Shown here: positions 1 through 12,724 of the stretch, piece after piece
Layout: each line of letters begins with the position of its first letter
Position numbering within the stretch: the first letter of the stretch is position 1
Assembly (NCBI GenBank): GCA_002633005.1
Contig: NMRA01000583.1
Coordinates: 62,001-126,000 of the forward strand
Direction: 5' to 3'
From: Phoronis australis
Lineage: Eukaryota > Animalia > Phoronida
Length of the DNA: 64,000 bases
Notes under the pieces: model-generated
The model's input: the letters and a program-made list of their open reading frames with translations, nothing else
Database searches by the model: none
What the model was told of the DNA's origin: nothing
Made by a program: the position numbers and the translations under genes

Positions 1-652
1 GTGTACACTGTAGGATCTTTATAAACAACAGAAAATCCAAGTTCCAAATAAAAGCTCTTCAAAAATAATTTCTTTGAGGGGGATGCAGTAATTTGATCCG
101 CAAAATCTGCAGCCGAAATTTTTACAGTTGGCAAGACTTTTTTGCCAGGTTTTCAAAAAGCACATGTCCCGAAGTCAACCCAGTTAGGAAGACCCTTCTT
201 CCATCACTATCACAGAGCAGGCAATGCCAGACTATTCATTCAACATTAACACAACTATGCGGTTATCTTTTTGCAGTCATGTACTACTATACTTAGAAAA
301 TGGTTACAACCCTGTGAAGCAAAAGTACACAACAAACTTGCCCATTAATTGGAAAATTTATGTTGAAATTATTATTAAACAATCACGTGCTAGCAATTAC
401 AATGCAAAAGGATATTCAGTATTAGCTAAAAAAGTCAGAGCAAAAAACATTGGTCACTTTTCATGAAATAGGGTGGCAAAATATTCAACACGCTGCATAC
501 TTTTGACTGCTGCACGATGTTGACGAACAAAGTGAAACAGAAGGAATCATTATTACCCCCCAAGGATAGCAACCTGATAATGCAACGGGGGCCTAGTAAA
601 CTGCCAATTATAGCTAAACAGAGAAAGCCTAGCACTCACAAGGGCCCGCCCG

Positions 653-760
653 TCACACCCCGTAGTGCACGCTGAGACGCTCCCTCAGGGGTTGTGGGAA
701 CTGATCAGAGAAACGCTTCCAGTTCTCCTCTCCCACTTGGTTCTTGAAGCCATGCAGGAT
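653..760 (-). CDS. TNPO1: Transportin last coding exon, [35 protein letters not shown]
   Basis: 108 nt with TGA at 653-655; canonical transportin C-terminus ending YGV. Confidence 0.95.
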   Translation of the reverse strand: MLHGFKNQVGEENWKRFSDQFPQPLRERLSVHYGV

Positions 761-1692
761 CTACAACAATTATCACTATGGTTACGGGCAGAATCCATTT
801 GGTCATACAGGGGGGTACCACTGGGTAAACACCAATCATCATTACAGTTATGGGCAGGGCCCACTTGATCAACAAGGGGGGCATCACAAACAGTATCAGG
901 TTAAGCTTCGCTCATTGTCCAATTAAGTGAAACTTAGTGCAGTACACTTCAGAGTTCAGGCCAGACAAAAATCCATACACGGGTATGAAGGTTGGGGCAT
1001 GATCCTCTCCACTACGCAAATTATCAAGGAGTTCTGTAAGAGCCTTTATAATTTTTTGGTTGGTCTTCTCATGGACATGCTCTGAAGTGAAACCTTCGAC
1101 TTTTGCTGCAGCTGATGAAATTGAATGGATTTACGTAGAGCTACTTTAAAGAGCCTGCAAACATCATTTAGACACTACACTATTCTACTAACACAAAGCC
1201 ATCATAGAACAGTACTGTTGTGTGCAGAATTTCCACAAAACGATCATAGTAGTTTTATACAAACTGCTCACTGCAGTTTCTTTCAACATCTATTATCTAT
1301 GCTGATAAACGGTGGCACCGAAATGTAACCAAAATATTGCTGGGATCAGTTTATGAGAGAATGGGGGATCCAAGCCTCATTCTGAAACCGCCCTCCGCTT
1401 CTAACTATAAAGGGAATGCCATGGATACTCACTGGAGATGTTTTATTCTGAAAATGAGTTGTGAAATGGTAAACAATCTTTATAGACAGCCTTTTGCACA
1501 ACAAGTTTTGAACGAACACACAAGTACATGCCTTCAGCTGAAGTTAGATGTCTTGATAAGCTGCAAAAACTGCATGTAAGTAGTAGGAGGGGTCGACTTT
1601 TGAGCTATTGATAAAGTGAAAACGACGACTCGTAAACGACAACTAAATCACTTCAGAGAATGGACAGGTAACAGAGAGCGAAGTAAAGGTGA

Positions 1693-1862
1693 AGACTTAC
1701 ATTATGCAGACCGACAGACTTACAGTATGCAGACTGGCAGACTGGCAGACTTACAGTATGCAGACTGGCAGACTTACAGTATGCAGACCGACAGACTTAA
1801 AGTATGCAGACTGGCAGACTTACAGTATGCAGACTGGCAGACTTACAGTATGCAGACTGGCA
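1693..1862. repeat. Minisatellite, about 23-bp unit CAGACTTACAGTATGCAGACTGG, about 7 copies
   Basis: Visible directly; explains the repetitive ORFs 1616-1894 and 1689-1907. Confidence 0.9.
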
Positions 1863-2724
1863 AGTCAAAAGGTTCCAAATTCACCACAAAATAATTTCAT
1901 ATGTTGAATTCATATGAACCATTTCTGTGAATTCACATGAATGGTAACAAATGGTATTATGATAAAGAACTCACATTATTTTTCGTGTAAGATTTATCAT
2001 CAAATGATTACAATTTATACAAATTCTTATTACTGAGCTATGATAAATGACCAAGAGGTTTTCCATGAATGAAGTTAGGAAACAATAAACACTACCTTTT
2101 GACAGGAGGCTTATTAACACTTAGTCAGGCCATAATTATGGCTCAAACGGGAAATTTTGTGTGGAAATTGCATTACACACTGATTCTCAGGATACGTCTT
2201 AATGATCGGATCTGGTGTTCTCCACTATTTCTGTCACTTTCTGGTATTTTTTGCCTCAATCCTCTCCAATTCGGCACTTCGAAATGCTGATAATTATATT
2301 TTTTATCTTTCATCCAACTTTTTGAAGAGAAATAAATGATCAAAATCCGTAACATCTCAAAACCTGTACGTAGTGATTACTGGGCCTAAAAGATGAATCT
2401 GCACCAGTTGACAACCTCGACAACTAGCTAAGTAGACATAATGATCACATTTCTTAAGATTAAAGTGCTTAAAATCACCAATTTCATAACAAAAATACCA
2501 CAAAACAGCTCAACCAGTCAATCAGGTGTCAAATTATAACACCCGCAAACACTAATTGAGGATATTATAATTAGCTGATATCCAGTTACAAGGACTTCTT
2601 GGGCGATACATGCTACATAAAATCGGGACAACCATTTACAGTACCCGTCATCCTCCATTGCGTTTGCGTTTGTGGTGGTTGTGACGATTTGTAATTGACC
2701 ACGCTGTGACTCTTTTCACTTTTC

Positions 2725-2831
2725 CATGGGAAGTCAGAGAAGCACGGATATAGCACAAGTTTGTACAAGAAACTCGCGTGTTGATAGACATGACACACTG
2801 GCGCTGGGTACGTTCATACATCATTCTCATG
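2725..2831 (-). ncRNA. Candidate orphan box C/D snoRNA in the last transportin intron
   Basis: catgaga-ATGATGT ... CTGA-cttcccatg with an imperfect terminal stem and the same C-box variant as the other snoRNAs; no target recognised. Confidence 0.3.
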
Positions 2832-3066
2832 TCTGTGGAGCTAAGAAACTCAACTGAATTCACTTTTCTCGTTTTTGGGGCCCTGAATTCACGATTCGCG
2901 ATATGCAGTGCTACAAAGCAAGGTTTAATGATGCTGACAATGTAGTCACTTGCCAAAACAAGGTTTAAATGGTGGTTTTAAGCAACTTAATAAACAAAAA
3001 GAAAGACTGAGTAGCTACAATGACATATCAATGGTGATCACAAAGCCTTGTTTTAGCAGGCCTCAC

Positions 3067-3241
3067 CTTCTGAAACATTTCCTTCAGGTCTTTCTCAGGG
3101 TTGTTCCAGGAGGCAACGGCATCACAGAAGAAGATGAAGTCTTGCACCACGCCACCAGGATTCACGTTTATCATGTTACAAATACCACGGAATGCAGAGT
3201 CCTTCTCCTCGTTGTCACGGATGTTACGCAGTGAGGTGCAC
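3067..3241 (-). CDS. TNPO1: Transportin exon 19, [21 protein letters not shown]...MFQK
   Basis: Within ORF 3028-3264; 175 nt. Confidence 0.95.
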
Positions 3242-6200
3242 CTGGAGACGAGGGGATCGGCCAATAAGAGCTTTAATGCAACTTACGCGTTTGTCTCATA
3301 CCTTTCTTTACAACCATTACATTGTACTATCTTCTTCCATGAATGCATACTCCAGTGGTACAGACCAGAATGTGACCATCGACTTCGGATAATCTCCATA
3401 AAAAACCGAGGCGATGATTATATCTAGCAAAGGTATAGAACTTGAAGCACACAACTGACTTGGTCAAGGTTATGCAGGACCCAAGAAAAACGTCTAGTTT
3501 TAGCTAACTTCAGAACATGGTACCTCAGAAAAAGGCTGATCAGATTCAAGTGAAACTAAACATACTCTGGCTTTATGCAATGTTTCCAAATTGCTGCTAG
3601 GAACTGTCTTTATAATGTTTCATTTTCCATGAGGGGCCATCAAAAAATCGTACATAGAAGTTGCATAAAACGAAACAAAGTAATATTTTAGAAATCCATG
3701 TTTTGAGACCTCCCCTTGAACATTTATATCAATAAAATTTGATCATGTTATTGATAAGGTTGTTCTGCTATCAATGTACATTTCTTTTTTGATGAATTAA
3801 TATTTTAGTAAAATGACATGGTCGCATGACCCAATTGTTAACAAACTGGTCAAAAGTCAAAATCCAAATTCTACAGATTTTTAACATGAAGAAAATATAT
3901 ACTTTTATTGAGTTAAAATCTATAGTTTTGTAGATAATTTACTAAACACGCAGACCTATCACTAAGTACATAACCTTAACCAAGAGGTGTCCCCACAAGT
4001 CCTGCTCCCCAGTGACTGGGAGAACAAAAGCAAAGAGAACACAGTCGCAGGCTCATCAAGCCAGTTGTTAACTATTGCTTCTGTAGCTTGAGTTGGGAAC
4101 GTGACTGTGTCTCAACCCTCCATAAAGGGCTCTGGTCCACACCAGCTTATGGCTGGCACTCATAAGTTGACTTGAATGGAAGTGCTTTGCTCAGAGACAT
4201 CCCAAATATGACTGCAGTAGCCAGGCTCCCAACTTTTAGCAGTTAAGTCCACAGTGTAACCTACTGAGCCTCAAAGTCACTTAGGGTGAGAGCGTATTTG
4301 TTTAACAAAATGAGGGATAAATAGATTTATATTGGGCAGTTGGCACATTATAGCCACTCTGATAAGACACTGTTTAGAAGGTTATGACGATACAGCACTT
4401 GTCCTCATCCTCCAAATCAGCTGTGACTTGATGTGATGCATGGATCAGGGCCGAGTCGAGGTCACATTTTGGTGCAATTGCTCGAGTATGATCCATAAAC
4501 GATATAATGAACTTAAGCATAACTTGTTCAAAAGTAAATACGTGTTGAATATCAAAATTGGAGCTTGATTTCAGTTTTTTTCTTGAAAATCAGAAAATTT
4601 CCTCGAAGATAACCAAACTGTGCAGTATTTTTGAAAATTTTGACACGAAACGTGTTGAAAAACCGAATAAAAATTGCAGCTTTTTGTTTGAAAAATTGTA
4701 TTAAATGGGCATACTTTACCTTGTGGATAAGCAGATGTGGAGACTGGGATTACATTCTTTTGAATTAGAGCCCAGAAAAAGTGATGGGTTTTAACCCAGA
4801 CCCAAGTACTGGTACACTAAGAGTTGAAAGCTGGAAAGCAACATGGAAGTCAGTTGCCCCATCACTACCAAAATTTGTGTCCGTGAAAAAAGTAAACGAC
4901 ACCTTTTTTCACTTCAATCGTGTATTTGAATACTATCATGGCAACACGGAGCAGCTGCATTTATTTTTGTGTAAAATCTTTTCAATTGGAATTTTGAAAA
5001 GGACACACCAGTTTCCGCATCTTGCTTTGGTCGAAATCCCCGACAGTTGAAAACAAAGAGTAAACAAGATATTACATAAACAGGTTGTTTATGAACATTT
5101 CAGTTCTCTGTACAGTACAGGCCTTGAAACGTTGTGTAAAAGACATGTCCCTGCGTCACGGAAACTATCCCAATGGAGATCGTGGGCCATGCAAATCTGA
5201 ACTGACATTTTGAGCAGCACGGTTACCAACCATTCAACTGACTGCCAATATCTGAGCCCTTGGCAGTCAATCTTCGTGAAATTCACAATTTGCAAAAAGC
5301 TGTCGACTGCTTGAAATATCAGCCTCAGGTGTACAACAGTAAAACTCGCAAAAGTTCGATACAACTGGTCCGAGACTTTATCCGTGAGAGGCAAAATCTG
5401 ACTTATCAGACGGGCCGAGTGCTAGACTAGTACAATCGTACCACTGAGTTTGGCCTGCTTTAAGCCAACACCTGGCTTACACATTTAAGTTTTACAAGAG
5501 TTTTACTGTACATACAAGACATATCTGCCAAAAAGCAGGTCCGCCAAATGGGGGCAAAAATTGTGGAGAGTGAAGGCGTATTATAAACCCTTTGTTGGCA
5601 GATGTCAGCTTGGACAAGGTACTCAATACCAACAGAAAGCAGTGACATTCTAGGGGAGACACCTGGTGACAAACTATGGTAACACATACTCACTGCACAA
5701 AGCTTTGCAGAGAAAGAGGTGTGAAGAGCTAAAAAAACGTAAATGACTCAAGTGGACATAATCAAGGCACAACATTTCAAGACCCATGCGAACAGATGAC
5801 AAACCAGTATGGAAAACATCAATTCATGGTTAAAAAGAACAATTCAACACTAGCTGGTTACAATGACCGAGAATAATAACGCTAATCAATTGGAGAAAAT
5901 GGAAAATTGAAAAGTGAACCAAGCAAAATATACAAAAGAATTTTGAGCAGTTGTTTGATAATGTGACCAGGGTGATATTTTAGTTTTGAAGAAAACAATT
6001 ACAACAAAAGGCTGTGTTGGAGCGACTTAAAGCCTAGAAAACTTGACAACATCTGATAACACTGCTCAATCGATCAAAGGCTTGCTTAAATAATTACGTA
6101 GTTATAAATATGTAGATATATATGTATATATATATATATATGTACAGCCCTATGCAAGCATAGCATTGTCCCAGAGCTGTCCAACAACGAACAGGAGTAC

Positions 6201-6502
6201 GACTACAACATGAGACAAAGTACATAGAGCAATGAGGATGTACACTGCCGAGTCTTAGATTGAATGTTCATGTAACATGCCCGACAATTGAAGCTGAGCA
6301 TTTTCACGACTGACCACACTTTGCAACTAGTGCACTAAACCATCTCGATTACAACATGACTACAGACAAGTGGACAGCAATAGCTGATTGCCAGACAACT
6401 AGCCATGATGACAATGCTATGCCTGCAGCCAAGCTCAACTGAACTCAAAACACTATGTATGTACACGAGTAGAGAAATTAAAAAAATAAAAAAGTTACAC
6501 AC

Positions 6503-6578
6503 CACTGCTGCATAAACATCTGTAACATAGGGGCGACGTTCTCTGGACAGACTAAACCAAGGCGACCGATTGTTATGG
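6503..6578 (-). CDS. TNPO1: Transportin exon 18, [26 protein letters not shown]
   Basis: 76-nt exon found by manual search (not in the ORF track); phase 1 to 2 links exons 17 and 19 exactly. Confidence 0.93.
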
Positions 6579-9108
6579 CTACACAGTTACCACGGTAGCG
6601 ATTACGAGACGGGGTAGCAAATTTAAGTGGGAAGAAAAAACAGAGAAGACAAAGTCAACATAAACATATAAATATATGCATGAATGTATATGTAAAATAC
6701 ACATGGCTGTACACAGCTGTGTACAATTGCAATAAAAAGAATGCAATTTACAATCACTGTCTGCTTATCAGGCAAATAAAAACACTGTATAAAGACGTGA
6801 TTTACAAGACCAGCATCAGTCCGAATCAAACTTAAAATCAACATGTGAATTAGATCTAGTTGTACATACAAATGTGTAGGTAGGATTGTATGCAATGCAA
6901 AACGAAAACCAGACGTTTGGGAAAACTTTTAGTCCCAGTGCAAATTAAGAGAACCACGTTTACGAAACTCAAACTGAAAGCTGGGTAGTACTCTAAGCAC
7001 AACATAGAGCACAACAGACAACATCAATATACCTCGCTCAACTAAAAGCTATAGTTAGCTATACAACATGTATGTTAGTAAACACATGGTAAACCAAAAC
7101 CCACAAAGCACTGAACAGTGTGTCCTTGCGTTTTCACCAAGTCTTTCATCACACATTAACATTCTAGGTACACCGGTTTGACACTAGATGGGGCTGCTGA
7201 AGTAAATACAGCTTGTAACTAGTGAACACTCATCAGGACACAATATGGTAGCCAAGAGGAATTCCATTCAGTTGCATTTCTTAACAAAAGTAAGGTTTAA
7301 AACAATTCTTTCTTGTTTTACCATAGTTATTATCAAACGGAGAAGTAATATTCAAAGTATTTGCGGCAATGTTGTAAGCTTTAATAACATAAAATGACAA
7401 CTGTCGCAATTAGTTTACCTCGATCTGAAGAATTTTCACTGTAGTTTTTGTCAAACCATTCATCACATTCGCAAATCAAAAACAACTGGATCCCGAGCAG
7501 CAAGTCTCATAGTCATGGGGGTGGAATGTCAATGTGTGATAGCCAATACACGCTGTATCTTATTCAGAGGCTTACTGGTGGACAATCACAGAGAAATGCC
7601 ACCAAAGTTCACTTGATAACACCTCATACGCTGAAATTCTGACTGGAAAATGAGTTTACTTTGACGAATCTGGACCAAAAAATTGAAAAGGTAACACGAA
7701 TTAGGTTAGTTTCACTTTGATTTACCAACTAAAACATAATGTAATGGATACAGCATGCTAAATAGGTAAGTAGAACGCATGCACAAATATTAGAATGAAC
7801 CTGAGTCTGACTTTGTGTCAGAAGTAAAAACTTCGCATATCAGACTCAGGTCAATACGTTACCCTGCCATGACTGACCACTGCTAGTCAAAAGACGACAA
7901 TATAACTTTGGCATACTCAGCGAGGAACATTTGGACAGATTTGACTTTTTCTCAGCAGCATGGCAGAGACTTCTCACCAAGAATGCACTAACAAACAAAT
8001 TGCAAATTAGGCACACGCACACACACTAGCGCACACACAGAGTTAGCCAAGAATAAGCGAGGAAAACTGAAACAATGCGCGAGTCATCGTCAATCAAGAA
8101 TGTCAACATAAAAATTATATTTGAATCCGGCAAAATTGCAAATAAAAAATATCCAGTGTCCAAGAAATCACGAAAACCACCTGAAGAACTAATAAAAAGT
8201 CAGCATTCCAATGAAAATCAACGCACGCATGCATACAATAGAGGGATAAAAAGGTTTGTACGCCTTAAGGAGTTCGAGTGAGTACAGAGAATGTAAACAT
8301 AATTATGTAAATGATGACTTGCATATTGCAGTTACATAACAGTGATAAGACTCGACGTGCACACACAGTTATATGCAATGAAACTTTATAACCAGTGAAC
8401 GTTCTTACTGAGCAACGCCAGTGATAAGTGGCTCTTTTGAAAAGTGAGTATTGAACGCAGGTTATGATCAGACAATCTGAATAGGGCACCCTTTGTTGCA
8501 GCGTTGTGCTGGAATGACTACTGTCCAGTGTTAACTGGACAGTGTTCGTGCTGATGGTTTTGGGTAGGATAACAACGATTAGAGTGGATTATGTAAGGAC
8601 CACCAAACGCAATTTTGGTTTTAACGGAAAGCTAACAATGATGTGCAAAAAAATCAGAAGTGTTTCACAGGCGTAGGCTCGTACAATTACAGGCAAAGTA
8701 AGGAAAGAAATGTTTTCTTGCCACGAGTAGGTCTTGTGTTCGACTGATATTACAGCTAACACCATTCCATTTTCAATAGAGCAAAGGCAACACAAAGACC
8801 CACTGAATCATGAGACCACCTATGACACAAGGACCAATAGAATACAAACTCGACACAACAGCAACATGGCTATTTTCAGACCGACCACTTCATCCACTTC
8901 TACACGAAGACCTGTCCATGGAGAGTTTAAGGACAGGCAAAAGAAATTGTTTACCACTGACATTTTTCAGGTTAAGAAATACCTAAAGCTAGGCTGAGGA
9001 TCAAGTCAGGATAACTGCGTTACTGTGCTGCCCCCTTTGGTGGTCACATGACAAGAGTGGGAAGATGGCAAGCGAAAGAGAGTGTGGCGTGCAGCTGTGC
9101 TGTTGTAC

Positions 9109-9204
9109 CTGTGTTCTCCAGGAGCGTCTTAGGTGTGTTAGGTCGACGGATGATTTCAATCAGATGGTTGATGACCAGCTGGACATAGGGCTCCATCTCC
9201 GCCC
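9109..9204 (-). CDS. TNPO1: Transportin exon 17, [31 protein letters not shown]
   Basis: Within ORF 9044-9238; 96 nt. Confidence 0.95.
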
Positions 9205-9599
9205 CTGCAAGAAATTGGGTAAAGCAACACTGGCACACATCATATACCGGTGCACACCTCTACACTCCATGGCATGGCACATTGTTCTAGTTACAGTATG
9301 GACAATTATAATACCAAGCACTCTGACAATACTCAAAGAACTGAAGCATAATTTGGCGAGATTACTTTAAGTAAAAAGGGCAACACTTGTCACATAGTGA
9401 TCCAACTGTCTCCCACTACCTGGAAATACCCAGATTTTAAGACTAAAATTTTATGTTGAAACACTTTTGTATGTAAACGTAACCCAAATGAATATATTTA
9501 CAGCAATTAATTATTTACAACATGAATGAAAATTAATCACAATTCCAATTCAAAAAGTTTTCACATGAAAAAATTTTCTTTTGGATTTGGGATGTAGCT

Positions 9600-10015
9600 T
9601 AAACATTTCTCCCTATGACCTAGAGAACGAGGTCATGGTTGCCAAGTCTGATTGACCACTGGAGATGCCCAAACTACACCTCGGTGCAAAATATGAACAA
9701 AATGTAAAGCTATCTTCTTAAGATATCAGGCAAACATTGTCCCAGTAGAACTTCTTGTTATGACATTAAAAATGAAGCCAAGGTCACCAATATCAACTGC
9801 CAACTTTAGATGCTCAACTAAACTTCACTTTAAAATATGACCAAAATCTCAAGCCACCAAAAACACTTTTCCAAGACTTAGTCTACTTCATTTTTTTGCT
9901 GTGACTTTAAAAACAACACGCATACCAAAGCTGACTGGCACCTAAAGATACCACACTTCGGTACAAATTATGAAAAAACCTAGAGTTTTGTCAAGATGGA
10001 CACGAGGTAAACATT
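9600..10015. repeat. Degenerate tandem subrepeats of about 145 bp (Helentron/HINE-like)
   Basis: Recurrent TGACC..AGGTCA..AAAATATGA blocks, three times. Confidence 0.45.
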
Positions 10016-10105
10016 CTGTTAAAAACCTAATCACCACTTGATCACCAGGACGTGCGATGATGGGAACTGTAACCTAATCACCATAATGGCCATAGTTAGA
10101 CTTAC

Positions 10106-10204
10106 CCATTTTGATGGCGATTTCACCGATAGCCCAAGTGGCGTTGTTGCAGACCGAAATGAACTCTGGATTGAGATTGTTACCCAGCACTGCCATGAAG
10201 TCTC
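10106..10204 (-). CDS. TNPO1: Transportin exon 16, [32 protein letters not shown]
   Basis: Within ORF 10074-10274; 99 nt. Confidence 0.95.
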
Positions 10205-10723
10205 CTGCAAGTTGTGTAATGAGTATGTGGTGCATTTCAAGATTATGCAGGATGTTATCTCCGTGTCTGTACATTTAGCAAAATATCTAGAAATGTATTG
10301 TTTTAACTCAGTAAAAGGATATATTTTCTGAATATAAATCTTCAAGGTGAGATATTATAAATGCAGTTAGTTTTCTAAAATACCGTTTCATTTTCATTTT
10401 ATGCAACTGTTAAGATTTATCAAGTGCTATTTTTGACATCCCCTCATGCCAAAGTGAGACGTTTTCAAATTAATTCCTAACATTTTGGCAAACAGTGCAT
10501 AAAGCACACTATCTGAAAGTTTCACGGGAATCCGATCAGCCATTTTTGAGATACCATGTTCCGAAGCCAACCCAGTGTGGCCTATTTTATAGGTTCCTAC
10601 ACAACCATGTACATTAAAATCTGTTCTTTGAACAGGTTGAAATGCACTGGCAAATGGCTGTTAGCTTTCACAGGTAACAGTCTGGACAAAATGGCATGGC
10701 AAAATAGTGCAGTCAGTAAAGAC

Positions 10724-10795
10724 GAGTGCCTTCAGCCCTGTACGGATGTCTTCACCAGATGTCAGTGAGAGAGTTCAGTAACATCACAAGCACTC
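10724..10795 (-). ncRNA. SNORD81: Box C/D snoRNA, SNORD81(U81)-like, copy A
   Basis: Minus strand reads gagtgctt-GTGATGT(C)-tac-TGAACTCTCTCA-CTGA(D')-catctg-GTGAAGA(C')-...-CTGA(D)-aggcactc. Terminal stem present; guide is antisense to 28S GAGAGAGUUCA. Confidence 0.85.
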
Positions 10796-11196
10796 AGCCT
10801 TACTGGTTTGGCTTTTTGTCATAGCTGGCATTTAGTCAGCTTCTTGTTCAATAACAATATATTGACATTGTTACACTGAACTCCACTTAGTAACTGAATG
10901 TCCTGGAAGCCGTACATTAATCAGAAAAGCATCAAGTTGAGAAAATACTATACGCAATAATAGTTGCCATTTTCCTATTTTAAAAGACTTGCCGTGTTAA
11001 TGCTCATAATTGTACCAAATGTCGTTAAGTGATAGTTGTACAGAGCTAACTGTGGCGCCAATAAGGCTACTGTATTATGTCCTAAATTGACTGTTAGCAG
11101 CAGTATAAAAACTTTTACCTAACAACACCGTAAGTCCTTAACTCCCAAATAAGGACACGCACAACGCAACCACCACCAGATCACCCCCTTACTCAC

Positions 11197-11443
11197 CAAT
11201 CTGAGGTTTGACGTGCTGGAAGCAGGCCTTTGACAGGTCCCCTAGCAGTGCAAATGAGCTCTGGCGCACCTCAGGCATTATATCCTGCATGCAGTCATAG
11301 AGCAGTTTGATTAAGTTGCTCTTGGCCACCCATTCCTGGATCTGATTCTCTAGCCCCTCAGCCAGGCCACTCAACAGGTCAAGAGCCACAATCATGAAGT
11401 CCTTGTCAGGTGGGTCATACAAATCTGGCTGAGCCATGCTTGC
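11197..11443 (-). CDS. TNPO1: Transportin exon 15, [31 protein letters not shown]...VKPQI
   Basis: Within ORF 11189-11467; 247 nt. Confidence 0.95.
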
Positions 11444-11865
11444 CTGAGGGGGGAGGGCAACATGCACCAGTTACTATAGCAGTAGCATGAATGATAAGTG
11501 TTCATGCCCTGGCAGCCAAGGCAACCATCAATTGAACGCATTAAATGAAGGAAATTAATTCAGTCACCACTACAGTGTCCAGTCTTAAGTATACTGAACA
11601 TTAATTGAGCAATCAATGACCACTCACCATCAACTCAAATGAGCTGCTAGCTCAGACATGTCAACACAACTATCAGTCCTAACGCCTGTCTCCGCAGTGG
11701 ACAGTTTAGAACATTACGAAACACGTGCCAAATGATAAGACCAGGGTGCAGACAACGACAAGTGATCTTGCAAAAAAAATGTGTAAGTTCAAAGTTAATG
11801 AATGAAACGATCATCTTGCTGACATGCCATTTCATTTATCTGTGAAGCTTTCTGGGTTTATTTGT

Positions 11866-12296
11866 CAGGGCTTGGAATGACCAATGACAAAAAACGCGGA
11901 AACTTTTACGGCCCAAATCATGCGTGCTACTTAGCCTTGAAATGGTCCTTTTAGCTCGTCCGTCCACTCCCAACCCACAATTTTTGGCTGCAGTTTGGCT
12001 GCAGAGCCGTAGTATTTGTCGCCGCGGTTTACAATAACACGACACGCCATTGAAAATCCCACCACGCTATCCCAGATGCCCTGGCAATGTTGACAATTTA
12101 CGTTCCTCCGAAACATAAAGAGCAACTTCCGCTTTTCGAGGTGAACGTCGTCTGCAACGCCGCGGTAAGAAAGGAATTTGAGGCGGAAATTTTACATCAT
12201 ATCCGATTTTTTTTACGTGGAAATATAATAAAATGCGCAGACAGAACATTTGAAAAAAGCGGAAATCTGCGTTTCCACGGAAAATTCCAAGCCCTG
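11866..12296. mobile_element. MITE family A (TIR CAGGGCTTGGAAT, 6-bp TSD ATTTGT)
   Basis: TIRs and TSD read directly; near-identical copy at 19691-20204. Confidence 0.85.
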
Positions 12297-12421
12297 ATTT
12301 GTACTGGAGATGATCCGATTCCACCAGCAAAACGTAGGAACATGTTGACATAGTTACAGGCCGATACAACCAAACGTATTTGGTTAGGCATAGAATTAAG
12401 ATTGCAAGGTGTGTAAAAGTG

Positions 12422-12489
12422 TGCCATCAGCGAGAATATCATCCTCAATGTGAACTCAGTAAGAGAGAGTTTCTTCACATCATATGGCA
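12422..12489 (-). ncRNA. SNORD26: Box C/D snoRNA, SNORD26(U26)-like
   Basis: tgcca-t-ATGATGT-gaaga-AACTCTCTCTTA-CTGA-...-ATGATA-ttctcg-CTGA-tggca. Guide is shifted 2 nt relative to the U81-like copies, as for U26. Confidence 0.8.
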
Positions 12490-12616
12490 TTTGATAAACG
12501 CAGCATATAGAAGTTTTGCATTCGCTTTCACAGTGTCAACTGATGTCACGTTGAACAGAAATGTCACAAGTTGGTTTGAAAGACGGTGGACACTGTAAAG
12601 TAATGAGGATACTTAC

Positions 12617-12724
12617 ATAGTTCTGTGCCAGAGTCTGCTCCACTAGTGACACACAACGTTGGTAAACAGGATCACAGTAGGGTAGGAAGCCAGACTGTAA
12701 AGCTGTGGCCACACTCGACAGGCA
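12617..12724 (-). CDS. TNPO1: Transportin exon 14, [36 protein letters not shown]
   Basis: 108 nt by manual translation. Confidence 0.95.

Noticed and set aside
744-926. His/Gly/Tyr-rich ORF
   Set aside because: Arises from an imperfect duplication of about 66 bp in a TNPO intron, antisense to the gene, with no splice support.
1005-1030. ATAATTTGCGTAGTGG resembling the U1 snRNA Sm region
   Set aside because: Short match only; no other U1 elements are present.
1616-1907. Repetitive ORFs (YADWQTYSMQTGRL...) or a possible CRISPR-like array
   Set aside because: Translation of an intronic 23-bp minisatellite; there are no unique spacers and the context is eukaryotic.
3242-9108. Mutually exclusive duplicates of exon 18
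   Set aside because: A search by eye found only one AITIGRLG exon.
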